In this document: positions 40,933-50,077 of the stretch, piece by piece
Layout: each line of letters starts with the position of its first letter
Position numbering within the stretch: the first letter of the stretch is position 1
Source of the DNA: a virus
DNA: 64,000 nt
Virus record (IMG/VR): IMGVR_UViG_3300045988_155520
Location: 224,001-288,000 of that record
Direction: 5' to 3' (one strand)
The notes under the pieces: model-generated
What the model was told of the DNA's origin: nothing
The model's database searches: none
What the model saw: the letters and a program-made list of their open reading frames with translations, nothing else
Translations under genes and position numbers: made by a program

Positions 40933-41754
40933 TTATTTAGCTTCTTCCACAAATTTAACAACATCATCAACATAATTCTCTGACATCTCAATAATGTTAA
41001 CATGACTACATTTTGAAAGTTTATAAATCAAAATTGGATTATGAATGACTGCAATTATTTGCGTATTTTCTTTCTTATGCGTTAGAATGTCGTATATTTC
41101 TTTAACTCTATTTATATCAAGATTCCTATCTGGTTCATCCATTAATACAGTAAATTCAAAATCTGCAGGATTATCATATTGAAATGAATTTTCTTTATAA
41201 TATTGAAGTAACTGTTTTGCTTTATCTTGATGAGGTAAGAAATCACTATTAGCTATTTCTTTTAGTTTCTTAAATGGAAATTCCAAATTTGTTTTAGAGT
41301 CAAACATCGTTTTGAAAAGCATATCTATCCCAGAAGAAATACCTTCTCCTGTAGAACAATGAAGATTATTAAAGTATGTCTGGAATTTAACATGGTTTTG
41401 AAGGAAATTCTCTCTTTTTTCAAGAGTTTTGTATTCCAACATGTTAAATACAACACCTTGATAATCGCTAATGATTTTAACTCCATCGCAAATTTTATCA
41501 CCACTTCCATACTTAGTCAACAAATCACTAAATTCCAAGTTTCCAGATGGACAAGTAGAAGTCATATCATTTAAACATAGAGTATATCTACGGATTAGAT
41601 TTAACAGAGTTGTCTTTCCACAACCATTGAGTCCAACTACTACATTAATACCAGATTTGAAAGAAACCGACTTGTTCTTATTGAAGAAATCAATGTCTCC
41701 TAAATAACTAATAGGTGAATTATTAATGTCGGTAAAATCAATACGCTTAATCAT
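40933..41754 (-). CDS. P-loop ATPase (ABC/AAA_15-like)
   Basis: 273 aa. Walker A GLNGCGKTTLLNLI, Walker B VLMDEPDRNLD, and a His-loop-like IAVIHNP. Confidence 0.75.
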   Translation of the reverse strand: MIKRIDFTDINNSPISYLGDIDFFNKNKSVSFKSGINVVVGLNGCGKTTLLNLIRRYTLCLNDMTSTCPSGNLEFSDLLTKYGSGDKICDGVKIISDYQGVVFNMLEYKTLEKRENFLQNHVKFQTYFNNLHCSTGEGISSGIDMLFKTMFDSKTNLEFPFKKLKEIANSDFLPHQDKAKQLLQYYKENSFQYDNPADFEFTVLMDEPDRNLDINRVKEIYDILTHKKENTQIIAVIHNPILIYKLSKCSHVNIIEMSENYVDDVVKFVEEAK

Positions 41755-41784
41755 ATCTTTATCTTAATTATTTAATTGATGATG

Positions 41785-41816
41785 CAAAGATAATAAAAAC
41801 AAATGGTATTACAAAA
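41785..41816 (-). promoter_or_regulatory. Bacteroidota-type promoter
   Basis: -7 TATCTTTG (41785-41792), -33 TTTG (41812-41815), 19-nt spacer. Confidence 0.7.
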
Positions 41817-41834
41817 TTATTTATGTTAATAAAA

Positions 41835-41862
41835 CAAAAAAGCAGACAAATAAATGTCTGCT
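41835..41862 (-). terminator. rho-independent-like terminator
   Basis: Stem AGCAGACA (41841-41848) / TGTCTGCT (41855-41862). On the minus strand TTTTTTGTTTT follows. Confidence 0.7.
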
Positions 41863-41870
41863 TTAATATG

Positions 41871-41981
41871 TTAAGATTTATTATTCTTTCGCACTTCTTC
41901 TGTTCCATAGAAATATTCCATATCTTCATCGAGTCCTGCCATTAACCATTTCCTACGACGTTGTGATTTTGTTAATCCCAT
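41871..41981 (-). CDS. small hypothetical protein (36 aa)
   Basis: Hand-translated MGLTKSQRRRKWLMAGLDEDMEYFYGTEEVRKNNKS. ATG lies 1 nt after the ASCH gene stop. Confidence 0.4.
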   Translation of the reverse strand: MGLTKSQRRRKWLMAGLDEDMEYFYGTEEVRKNNKS

Positions 41982-41982
41982 A

Positions 41983-42588
41983 CTAATCCACTAATTCAAA
42001 TGTATATGCTGCAACTAAAGGATTCTTATCCCAATCACCTTTCTTTCCTACCTTATCAATTAAAAAGGCAAATGCATCACGTGGCATAAGAAATGGTTTA
42101 GAATAATCATTTGGTAGAAAATAATCAAAACAAAATTCTTCAATTCCTTCTCTTAATGCATCTTCTTCAGAAATATCCTGCAAACGTTCTATCTTAATAT
42201 CCGTAATTCTGATATGGTGTGGGAGCAAATCAGCTTTTACGAACATCTTGTTATTCCATCCAGCAGTATTCTCATATTCTTTTTTGAATTGCTCTGCAGC
42301 ATCTTTGTCTTCCATTTCTGCATATATGGTTTTGTAGCTTTGTGCAATAGCCACGATGTCACCTACTTTGTAGTGTGGAATTAAATCACCAATAATGTCT
42401 CCATTCTCATTGTAAAGGGTAAATATCCATCGACCTTTATCGTCAAAGCCTCCCTCAATGTTATAGATTTCGTCAAACATACGAGCATCTGGTTCAAATC
42501 GTGCAAAACTACGTCTTGTCATTGTCTTATTTCCTGCAAGGACTTCTTGCGTAAGACTATATTTATCATTAAATAATATTTTTCTCAT
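41983..42588 (-). CDS. ASCH-domain-like protein
   Basis: 201 aa. LTQEVLAGNKTMTRR, HYKVGDIVAIAQSY, HHIRITDIKIERLQDISEEDALREGI. Confidence 0.6.
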   Translation of the reverse strand: MRKILFNDKYSLTQEVLAGNKTMTRRSFARFEPDARMFDEIYNIEGGFDDKGRWIFTLYNENGDIIGDLIPHYKVGDIVAIAQSYKTIYAEMEDKDAAEQFKKEYENTAGWNNKMFVKADLLPHHIRITDIKIERLQDISEEDALREGIEEFCFDYFLPNDYSKPFLMPRDAFAFLIDKVGKKGDWDKNPLVAAYTFELVD

Positions 42589-42598
42589 ATATCATTCA

Positions 42599-43132
42599 TT
42601 AAAAGTAATCAGGATTATCTGTAACATTTCCTATGATTTCAACGCCAAGAATTGTATCATCAAGTGTATATCCATTGGTATCGAAATAAGAATTGTTCTC
42701 TATATTTTGTTTTATTTCATTAATTTCATCTTCATATAAACCACAATCTGATATTGGTATTGGATAACAAGTTTCATTATCTAAACAAAAACCATCAAAA
42801 ATATATTCTACAGGTAATTCTAACTTTACAATCTTACCAGAATAACCCTGTAAAGCAAGGTCGCAATCTGGATTAATGCAATAACTATCTATCTTATAAC
42901 ATCTTAAGACATCTCCTTCGAAAATTTTTTCATCATTTTTATCCATTAACCCTGTATATTGTCCTATTGATGAAATATCTGTAATTGGGTAACAATGTTT
43001 ATCATTAGTTATAATGAAATCATTGTATTTGGAATTAAAGAATGGATTTGTTGGTTTTTTATCAAAATGTACATAATGACCATAACGCCAGACACCAGCA
43101 CACTTTGCTCTAAATATAACTTCTCGTTTCAT
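42599..43132 (-). CDS. YopX-family protein
   Basis: 177 aa. VIFRAKCAGVWRYG, IGQYTGLMDKNDEKIFEGDVL, IIGNVTDNPDY. Confidence 0.75.
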   Translation of the reverse strand: MKREVIFRAKCAGVWRYGHYVHFDKKPTNPFFNSKYNDFIITNDKHCYPITDISSIGQYTGLMDKNDEKIFEGDVLRCYKIDSYCINPDCDLALQGYSGKIVKLELPVEYIFDGFCLDNETCYPIPISDCGLYEDEINEIKQNIENNSYFDTNGYTLDDTILGVEIIGNVTDNPDYF

Positions 43133-43146
43133 AAGTTCTACATTTA

Positions 43147-43458
43147 TTAGTATTCTTTCAGTTTTCTTATTAATGTATCAGCAAGTGTCACAGAATATAT
43201 TGCAACATCTTCTGCACTTGGATTCGGATTTACTCCTTCCACAATAGGTGCTGTCAAAATGCTATTCATTGCGATTTTTGCTAATTCGTACCTTCGTTGT
43301 TCCCAATCAACAGTACTTTCCATAAATTCAAGTTCTCTCTTATGATAGCTTTCTTCCTTGTCCTTACACCACCAATAAGTGTCGTCAACGTCAGGATTAG
43401 GGTGAACAGCAAACTTTACATCTACTATCTCGCCCGTGTCTTTTACTTTTGCTTTCAT
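43147..43458 (-). CDS. hypothetical protein
   Basis: 103 aa. The C-terminus YELAKIAMNSIL...VTLADTLIRKLKE resembles 46744-46953. Confidence 0.8.
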   Translation of the reverse strand: MKAKVKDTGEIVDVKFAVHPNPDVDDTYWWCKDKEESYHKRELEFMESTVDWEQRRYELAKIAMNSILTAPIVEGVNPNPSAEDVAIYSVTLADTLIRKLKEY

Positions 43459-43628
43459 TGTTTACCTCCTTTCCTCAAATTCTGTAACCGTTTACCATCC
43501 ATAGGGCAATATTCTCCAACAGGACTGCCACCATCTTTCAATCCAAAGCAACAAGACTGATTATCAATACGGTCATTGCCTGGCATAGGGTTGTAACAGT
43601 ATTCACACTTTAGACATCTACGCTTCAT
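43455..43628 (-). CDS. small Cys-rich protein (57 aa)
   Basis: Hand-translated MKRRCLKCEYCYNPMPGNDRIDNQSCCFGLKDGGSPVGEYCPMDGKRLQNLRKGGKQ. Its stop overlaps the next start (ATGA) and its start overlaps the upstream stop. Confidence 0.5.
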   Translation of the reverse strand: MKRRCLKCEYCYNPMPGNDRIDNQSCCFGLKDGGSPVGEYCPMDGKRLQNLRKGGKQ

Positions 43629-44082
43629 TGAGTCCTCCTTTCACCATTTCGGGGTTATCTGTTACGTTGCCAATCAACTCACCTTGCAATATCTCGTCAT
43701 CTATCGCAATGGTAAATCCATCTGCACGCTTGAATACCCACCCATAAGTGGTATAAACATCAGTTATCTTTCTACGATGCTCCATATGGGTACATTCTTC
43801 TTCTGCTCGTCCAAAAACGACTTCACCGATAGACCCACGTGGAGTTTTGATTATATCCCCCTCAAATATTTTAACTCCGTTCTTGTCTTTCAAACCTGTG
43901 TACTGACCGATGGATTCTGGATTGACGGTATAAAGATTATATGCCTCTTTCCACGACTTAGGCACACAGACGCAGATACAAGGTACATTAGTAGGTGCTG
44001 TTAGTCCATAATTGAACAAATATCCATAAAGCCACTCACCTGTACCGATAGACTTGCCTCTGAATAATATTTCACGTTTCAT
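43618..44082 (-). CDS. YopX-family protein
   Basis: 154 aa. ILFRGKSIGTGEWLYG, IGQYTGLKDKNGVKIFEGDII, LIGNVTDNPEMV. Confidence 0.8.
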   Translation of the reverse strand: MKREILFRGKSIGTGEWLYGYLFNYGLTAPTNVPCICVCVPKSWKEAYNLYTVNPESIGQYTGLKDKNGVKIFEGDIIKTPRGSIGEVVFGRAEEECTHMEHRRKITDVYTTYGWVFKRADGFTIAIDDEILQGELIGNVTDNPEMVKGGLNEA

Positions 44083-44342
44083 GACTTCTCTAATGTTTCT
44101 ATTGCTCTATCAATTTCTTTTATAAGACGGTCCAATTGAAACTTACATTTATCTTCTTTAGTTATCATAAATGATTTTTGTGGTCCATCAATTAAATCTT
44201 TAACTAATGAAAAATATTGTTTATTTAATGTAATTTGATATTTAAATCTATCATCTATATGTTTATGAAAATGTAAAATTGCTATAATGTTACCAACACA
44301 CAATATGAATATAACAGCTATAAATCCCAAAAATAATTCCAT
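44079..44342 (-). CDS. membrane-anchored hypothetical protein
   Basis: 87 aa with an N-terminal TM segment LFLGFIAVIFILCVGNIIAIL. Confidence 0.7.
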   Translation of the reverse strand: MELFLGFIAVIFILCVGNIIAILHFHKHIDDRFKYQITLNKQYFSLVKDLIDGPQKSFMITKEDKCKFQLDRLIKEIDRAIETLEKS

Positions 44343-44355
44343 ACGTAATAATATA

Positions 44356-44505
44356 TTATTCTTCTATTTTAATTGGGTTTCCATAACCATCCATTGCACC
44401 TAAAACTACTAAACAACCATTTTCTAATTTGAAACCAGCTTTAAGGTGTCCATCAAAATCAACCTCGATATAACCATTTCTGTTTGAATAATGTCTTTTC
44501 TTCAT
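44356..44505 (-). CDS. small hypothetical protein (49 aa)
   Basis: Hand-translated MKKRHYSNRNGYIEVDFDGHLKAGFKLENGCLVVLGAMDGYGNPIKIEE. Confidence 0.45.
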   Translation of the reverse strand: MKKRHYSNRNGYIEVDFDGHLKAGFKLENGCLVVLGAMDGYGNPIKIEE

Positions 44506-44516
44506 AATTGTTAATA

Positions 44517-44774
44517 TTAATAAGTTTCAAAATTAGCAGGTTCAATAAAACCATCCTGTTCCATTATTTGCAATGCTTCTGAAATCATCAAATATAGACC
44601 ATGATAAAATAGAATGAAATCCATATCATCATTTAAATCTATTACAGGACGATATTCAAAATTCTTATAAACAAACATATTATTTAATTCATCAAGACTA
44701 TTATAAGCTGAACAGAATTTCTTATGTGTCTCTTTAATTTTCTTTTTCAGATTTTCATTCTTCTTTTTATCCAT
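44517..44774 (-). CDS. hypothetical protein
   Basis: 85 aa. The C-terminus EALQIMEQDGFIEPANF resembles 50810-51049 and 54482-54823. Confidence 0.75.
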   Translation of the reverse strand: MDKKKNENLKKKIKETHKKFCSAYNSLDELNNMFVYKNFEYRPVIDLNDDMDFILFYHGLYLMISEALQIMEQDGFIEPANFETY

Positions 44775-44779
44775 ATTTT

Positions 44780-45145
44780 TTAATATTCTATATTTGTTAT
44801 ATTCTTTTCTTTTATTTCACCTAATACTTTCTTAACTGTATCATATTTTGACAAATTCTTCCAATCATCTTCTATAACACCAGTTGTTTCATCACGGTGA
44901 TGTTCATCTATATAATCATATATGAAGCAATCAAACGCATCTGATAAAACTTGAGGGTCTTCTTCAGTCCAATGTATACGTGAGAATAACTCATAACACT
45001 CAGTATGATATGAGTTACTATCAATTCCATACTCATTGGCATCTGTTACTTTTTTATACTTTTGTCCTATATTAATTTTGCAACAACATAGTTCACAGAA
45101 ATGTTCCTTGCGTGCAGTAAGAACTTTGGAAGAAATATAACTCAT
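44780..45145 (-). CDS. Cys/His small protein (paralog of 36482-36853)
   Basis: 121 aa. Confidence 0.8.
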   Translation of the reverse strand: MSYISSKVLTARKEHFCELCCCKINIGQKYKKVTDANEYGIDSNSYHTECYELFSRIHWTEEDPQVLSDAFDCFIYDYIDEHHRDETTGVIEDDWKNLSKYDTVKKVLGEIKEKNITNIEY

Positions 45146-45154
45146 ACTACAATA

Positions 45155-45544
45155 TTATTTAATTAATTCTGGATTTTCAAAAACATTACCAATGATGCTA
45201 CGTGTTTCATTTTCACGTATACCAAACAGATTATGGTCAAATTTATTGCCTGAAATGATGAAAATGTCTTTTGAATATACTATTACACCAATTTCATATT
45301 CAATTTCTCCATTTGGAAAATTAAATAATTTAATCTTGGTAATATCTCCTTCGAACATTTTCTTACCATTCCCATCTTTAGCACCTGTATATTGACCGAT
45401 GCTATCACTATCAACTCTTGTGAATGACATAATATCATCTTCAATTTTTCTAATAGCATAACCATTAGAAAGATGAATAAGGTCGCCATAAACCCACTCA
45501 TTTTTGATATTATCAAACCCACGAAACAGTATTTCTCTTTCCAT
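45155..45544 (-). CDS. YopX-family protein
   Basis: 129 aa. ILFRGFDNIKNEWVYG, IGQYTGAKDGNGKKMFEGDI, IIGNVFENPELI. Confidence 0.8.
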   Translation of the reverse strand: MEREILFRGFDNIKNEWVYGDLIHLSNGYAIRKIEDDIMSFTRVDSDSIGQYTGAKDGNGKKMFEGDITKIKLFNFPNGEIEYEIGVIVYSKDIFIISGNKFDHNLFGIRENETRSIIGNVFENPELIK

Positions 45545-45561
45545 ATACTAAATGATTATTG

Positions 45562-46011
45562 TTATTTGAAAAGATTATGAACTATCATAGCACCAGCAAG
45601 TGCCCATCCGCTAAGTGCTATACCATATAGAATATATTTAGCAAAACGGAATAACTTTATTTCTTTGTCTACTTCTTTAAGAAATTCATCAGTTGGTCCA
45701 TATTTCTTTTCGTATTGTTCACGGACAAACTTTTCGGCTAAAGAATTAATACGTTTTCTATTTTCTTCTGAAATTATAGGTTTAAATCCATGCTGTTTAC
45801 CTAAAGCATTTTCAAAACAGATAGAATCAACTCGATATCTTTTATATACACCATCATAATCTTTCCATTGTTGAGTAATAATACTTTCGCAAACACCACG
45901 TTCCTGATAGTATTTCTCAGCCAATTCTTTGATTTGAGAATCAGTTACGGATGCTTTCTCTTTAAGCTCGTCATATTCTGTTTCATTTAATTGAACAATT
46001 CTTTTTTCCAT
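45562..46011 (-). CDS. C-terminally membrane-anchored hypothetical protein
   Basis: 149 aa. C-terminal segment YILYGIALSGWALAGAMIVHNLF. Confidence 0.8.
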   Translation of the reverse strand: MEKRIVQLNETEYDELKEKASVTDSQIKELAEKYYQERGVCESIITQQWKDYDGVYKRYRVDSICFENALGKQHGFKPIISEENRKRINSLAEKFVREQYEKKYGPTDEFLKEVDKEIKLFRFAKYILYGIALSGWALAGAMIVHNLFK

Positions 46012-46015
46012 AAGA

Positions 46016-46189
46016 TTATTCTATTTTAAGTTCTTTAAAAACACCTACTATTTTATCATCTAATAAACCGCCAAATCCATTACAGATGAATTGACATTTG
46101 TTGAAAATATTACGCAAATCACAGTCAGAGCAATCTTCTGATTCGTTTGTGTAAATGTACTGTTTATCGTTAATTGTTATGCTATTCAT
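46016..46189 (-). CDS. small Cys-containing hypothetical protein
   Basis: The track ORF runs to 46246, overlapping the upstream gene. ATG 46189 (MNSITINDKQYIY...) lies 5 nt after that gene's stop. Confidence 0.6.
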   Translation of the reverse strand: MNSITINDKQYIYTNESEDCSDCDLRNIFNKCQFICNGFGGLLDDKIVGVFKELKIE

Positions 46190-46193
46190 TTTT

Positions 46194-46412
46194 TTAATAT
46201 GTTTCTTTAAAGGATGGTAAATCTGATAAATCAATCCAATATTCAACTTTTAATATTTTATCAAAACGAGAATAATTATCAAGAAATTCTAAAGTTCTTT
46301 TATTAAACCACGCAACAAAATATTCATCATTATGATAACATAGATAATCTCCATTTTCTTTAGGATAATCAAATAAATTTACATCATGCCATTTAAGTTC
46401 TTTCTTTTTCAT
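46194..46412 (-). CDS. DUF551-like protein
   Basis: 72 aa. LKWHDVNLFDYPKENGDYLC...VEYWIDLSDLP. ATG lies only 4 nt from the -7 box, so the mRNA is leaderless or nearly so. Confidence 0.65.
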   Translation of the reverse strand: MKKKELKWHDVNLFDYPKENGDYLCYHNDEYFVAWFNKRTLEFLDNYSRFDKILKVEYWIDLSDLPSFKETY

Positions 46413-46416
46413 AACG

Positions 46417-46448
46417 CAAAGATAAGAAATAATTTATTAATATCCAAA
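46417..46448 (-). promoter_or_regulatory. Bacteroidota-type promoter abutting a start codon
   Basis: -7 TATCTTTG (46417-46424), -33 TTTG (46445-46448), 20-nt spacer. ATG at 46412. Confidence 0.65.
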
Positions 46449-46485
46449 TATAAGAACTTATTTTAAAATTTATTAACTATATCAT

Positions 46486-46740
46486 TTATAAATTGAAATA
46501 ATCTTCGATAGGACTTGAAAGAAAATCCCAATTCTTATCGTCTGTTGTTATTTGAAATTCAAGTAATGGACAATTATCATAATCATAAAAATCGAATTTC
46601 TCATTAAAATCTATTAAGCAGTTGTAATTATCTTCTTGAAATTCTTTATTCCATTCATCGCCAGGATACATCGGAGAGCGATAATATTCTTTAATAACTT
46701 TATTATTATCTCCTAATTCTACTAATCTGAATCTTGCCAT
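46486..46740 (-). CDS. hypothetical protein
   Basis: 84-aa ORF. Confidence 0.75.
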   Translation of the reverse strand: MARFRLVELGDNNKVIKEYYRSPMYPGDEWNKEFQEDNYNCLIDFNEKFDFYDYDNCPLLEFQITTDDKNWDFLSSPIEDYFNL

Positions 46741-46743
46741 AAT

Positions 46744-46953
46744 TTAATCTTCTTCTTTTGTTAATTCTTCAATCAGCGCATCAGCAAAAGCCACTGCAAA
46801 GCGAGCCAAAGATTTTGGTATAGTTCTTTTCTCATTTTCTGTATATGGTGCAGTTGATAAAATATAATCTAAATTGTCGTCGTTTGATAATGATGATGTC
46901 ATTATATCTTTAGCAATTTCATAACGTCTATTCAGTAAATAAGATGATGTCAT
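46744..46953 (-). CDS. hypothetical protein
   Basis: 69-aa ORF. Confidence 0.7.
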   Translation of the reverse strand: MTSSYLLNRRYEIAKDIMTSSLSNDDNLDYILSTAPYTENEKRTIPKSLARFAVAFADALIEELTKEED

Positions 46954-46973
46954 ACTTTTATTTTTTTAAATTA

Positions 46974-48443
46974 TTATTTCTTTTTATTCTTCTTAAAGAA
47001 CTTTGCAAACTTCTCCCCACCATACTCACCAGTAGTTAAATCTATAATCTCCCTAATGGTGTACTTGTCTTTATGGGGGTCTGGTAGTCGGCTCTCAATG
47101 AAGTATCTTGTACCGACTGAACATGCACCAGTAATAATACGATATGCAGCGATAGCTTCTTCATAAGATAAAGTATCGTCCAATGACAATTTTTCATAAT
47201 CCGAGGTGTCCCTATTGCTTAACTTATATATAAGGTCGGCTTTAGCTTCTGCAAGAGTCTTACCATGCGCCCAATTGTTATCGCCATCTGTGACAAGGTA
47301 AAAAGGTTTATCTTCTTCTCCAATTTTATGTACTTTGTATACATTGCCATGGTGAGAATCAATAACTGAGAAAATTCCATCAGCTTTAATATATCTCACA
47401 CCATTTCTCTCCCAGAAAAGAGCCATATTTTCTAAATCATGAATCTTTTTCTGCTGTTCTCGAGAAAGAGTCGTATTTACTTCTACGTTATCTGTAATAC
47501 TTGTATCTCTTATATCAATAACTCCATCAACTGTAAGGCTATCTGGTAATGAGGTGATACCCGTACCTCTTAGGTCAAGAGAGTCACCCACTGTAAGATT
47601 GTCAGGTAGAGACTTAATGGGTGTATTGCTTAAGTCAAGATATCCACCAACCGTTAGATTATTAGGTAAAGATACAATATTTGTATCACTTAAATCAATT
47701 TCCCCTCCAACTATTAAGTTGTCTGGTATCTCTGTAATAAGTGATTTAGATAAATTAAGCCATGACCTAACGGTTAAGTTGTTAGGAATCTTTTTAAGTT
47801 TAGTATTCATTAAACTAAGATAACCATTAACAGACAAATTATCTGGAAGAGTTTCAATAGGGGTGTTGTTTAAATGCAGATTTCCGTTAACTATTAAAGA
47901 ATTATGTAGCTCTGTGATATCTGTATTTTGCAAATATAGACTATTACCCACCTTTAAGTTATCAGGTAACTTTTTTATAGGTGTACAACTTAAAACAAGA
48001 CTTTTACCAACTATTAAGTTGTCAGGAAGTTCCCTGATAGATGAGTCAGTTAGAATTAAATCTTTATCAACTGTCAAGTTATATGGTAATTTCGTAATCT
48101 TTGTCCCCACCAAACTTAAATTTCCTCTTACATTTAAATTATCAGGGAGTTTCGTGATAAGTGTGTAGTCCAAAATTATACTATCTCCTACTTTTAAACT
48201 ATCTGGAATCTCGGTGATTTGTGTAAATAATAAAAAGAGAGTTTCTGAAACGGTTAAATTATTTGGTAACTTGTCGATATTTGTTTCAGATAAATTAAGA
48301 GAACCATTCACAGTAAGGTTATCAGGTAACTCTGTAATACTTGTGTTCATTAAGTTAAGATAACCGTCATAAAATAACTTCCCATCCTTAATGGTCAGTT
48401 TATAACCTGTTTCTTCCTTGAACTTTTCTATTATTTCATTCAT
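46974..48443 (-). CDS. LPxNLTV leucine-rich-repeat protein with conserved C-terminal domain
   Basis: 489 aa with about 13 repeats. The C-terminal domain matches 34306-35832 at both protein and nucleotide level. Confidence 0.9.
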   Translation of the reverse strand: MNEIIEKFKEETGYKLTIKDGKLFYDGYLNLMNTSITELPDNLTVNGSLNLSETNIDKLPNNLTVSETLFLLFTQITEIPDSLKVGDSIILDYTLITKLPDNLNVRGNLSLVGTKITKLPYNLTVDKDLILTDSSIRELPDNLIVGKSLVLSCTPIKKLPDNLKVGNSLYLQNTDITELHNSLIVNGNLHLNNTPIETLPDNLSVNGYLSLMNTKLKKIPNNLTVRSWLNLSKSLITEIPDNLIVGGEIDLSDTNIVSLPNNLTVGGYLDLSNTPIKSLPDNLTVGDSLDLRGTGITSLPDSLTVDGVIDIRDTSITDNVEVNTTLSREQQKKIHDLENMALFWERNGVRYIKADGIFSVIDSHHGNVYKVHKIGEEDKPFYLVTDGDNNWAHGKTLAEAKADLIYKLSNRDTSDYEKLSLDDTLSYEEAIAAYRIITGACSVGTRYFIESRLPDPHKDKYTIREIIDLTTGEYGGEKFAKFFKKNKKK

Positions 48444-48447
48444 TATC

Positions 48448-48669
48448 CTACTTATTATGTTCTTTTTGCAACTGTTTCATTCTTTCCATCAAACCATTTC
48501 TTCTTTTATCTTCTTCGTCCATTCTTTGCTTTATAATTGTTTCAAAAGAATTTCTCTCTTTTTTTGTATATCTGATGTGATTATACACATGAATAAACAA
48601 AAACGCAATTATCGCTAATATTAATGGCGAAAATACAATTAAAAAAAGTAAATTATAACTGATATACAT
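48448..48669 (-). CDS. N-terminally membrane-anchored small protein
   Basis: 73 aa. Hydrophobic segment LLFLIVFSPLILAIIAFLFIHV. Confidence 0.7.
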   Translation of the reverse strand: MYISYNLLFLIVFSPLILAIIAFLFIHVYNHIRYTKKERNSFETIIKQRMDEEDKRRNGLMERMKQLQKEHNK

Positions 48670-48670
48670 A

Positions 48671-49054
48671 TTATTCTTTATTATTAGGTATACTTGGTAT
48701 TTCCATCCAATATTCTATTTCAGTTCCAGATTCCCAACAGTCTTTCCCATTAAAATAATCTATCCAGCAACTATCCTCTTTTCCATCTGAAGCTAAAAGA
48801 GGTTTATTGTAAAGACGTTCTGGTGGATAACCATCAGTAGGAACATAATTCCAAGGACTTGGCTCCTCTAATTTATATTGCTCTTTAAATATATTTTTAC
48901 TAATATCACTTAAATAAGGTTCTGCTTCATATACCACTTTACCATCTCCCAAAGGTTTAGGTCCGCATACTCTTGTTTCATTTATATAGCAAGACTTGCC
49001 TTCTACACTTTGAACTATTGTTATTTTTACTCTATAATCATTATTTTTATCCAT
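48671..49054 (-). CDS. DUF551-like protein
   Basis: 127 aa, ending in EYWMEIPSIP. Confidence 0.65.
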   Translation of the reverse strand: MDKNNDYRVKITIVQSVEGKSCYINETRVCGPKPLGDGKVVYEAEPYLSDISKNIFKEQYKLEEPSPWNYVPTDGYPPERLYNKPLLASDGKEDSCWIDYFNGKDCWESGTEIEYWMEIPSIPNNKE

Positions 49055-49068
49055 ACTAATATATTTCT

Positions 49069-49422
49069 TTATTCTGTTGGTAATTTAGGAATTTCCATCC
49101 AATAATCTACGTCGTAAATATCAAGATATGGTGCAAACCCATCATCAAAGTGCAGAGTTTTGTCATCAAACATAAAACCTTTAAAAATATCTCCTTGATA
49201 ACTAAATAAACAATCCTTTGCCTCTTGTGGTAAATCACCAACTTTAACAGAGTGCCAATGAGTTACGGGATATTGCTTGTAAAACTGCAACATATCTCGA
49301 CACTTATATTTAATTGTAGCAATATTGTGAGATACATTACCAGATGTTGTTTTCTCACATATCTCTGAGATATTTTCTAAAATTCCGATAAACATCTCAT
49401 CTATTTCTTTTTGTGTCGTCAT
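49069..49422 (-). CDS. DUF551-like protein
   Basis: 117 aa. HWHSVKVGDLPQEAKD...VDYWMEIPKLP. Close paralog of 49461-49814. Confidence 0.7.
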   Translation of the reverse strand: MTTQKEIDEMFIGILENISEICEKTTSGNVSHNIATIKYKCRDMLQFYKQYPVTHWHSVKVGDLPQEAKDCLFSYQGDIFKGFMFDDKTLHFDDGFAPYLDIYDVDYWMEIPKLPTE

Positions 49423-49460
49423 AACTTTAATTTAATTCTGTATGGTTTCATAATCTTCTT

Positions 49461-49814
49461 TTATTTTGTTGGTGACTTAGGTATCTCTATCCAATAATCG
49501 ACATCATAAATACAAAGTGTAGAGTCATCTTTACCATCTAAAGATAGAGTTTTATCCCATTCCATAAAACCCTGTGCGCAAGTCCCTTGATAGACGAATA
49601 TGTAATCCTTAGCTACTTTCGGAAAATCTCCGTCAGCAACAGAGTGCCAAGGTCTTGCAGGACATTGATTGTAAAAATTCATTATCTCTCCACATTGACG
49701 TTTAATAGTGGTGATACTGTTAGATTCATTGCCAGATGTTGTAGTATTACAAGTATACAATATACTTACTATTGCAGAAATAAATGCTTCATTTAATTTT
49801 TCTTGTGGTGTCAT
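49461..49814 (-). CDS. DUF551-like protein
   Basis: 117 aa. PWHSVADGDFPKVAKD...VDYWIEIPKSP. Confidence 0.7.
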   Translation of the reverse strand: MTPQEKLNEAFISAIVSILYTCNTTTSGNESNSITTIKRQCGEIMNFYNQCPARPWHSVADGDFPKVAKDYIFVYQGTCAQGFMEWDKTLSLDGKDDSTLCIYDVDYWIEIPKSPTK

Positions 49815-50077
49815 AATTTCAACTTTTTATTAATAAGTTCTTGAATTTCTTTCTCTGACTTAAAGTAGGGCATTTCCCCATTGAGTTGTGTGATAGCTGT
49901 CTTTGTTGCTAAGTTCCAAACTTGAATTATAAATGAAGATGATGGATGTTCGTCTGCATACTTTGCACCCTCAACAAATCCACGCCAAACATCATCAATG
50001 TTACAGTTAGCAAAAGCATCATATTGAGCATATTCAGAAGCTCTTCCTTCAATTTCTTCTTCTCTATTCATAATCAA
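49811..50077 (-). CDS. hypothetical protein
   Basis: 88-aa ORF with a 4-nt overlap to its neighbour. Confidence 0.75.
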   Translation of the reverse strand: MIMNREEEIEGRASEYAQYDAFANCNIDDVWRGFVEGAKYADEHPSSSFIIQVWNLATKTAITQLNGEMPYFKSEKEIQELINKKLKL

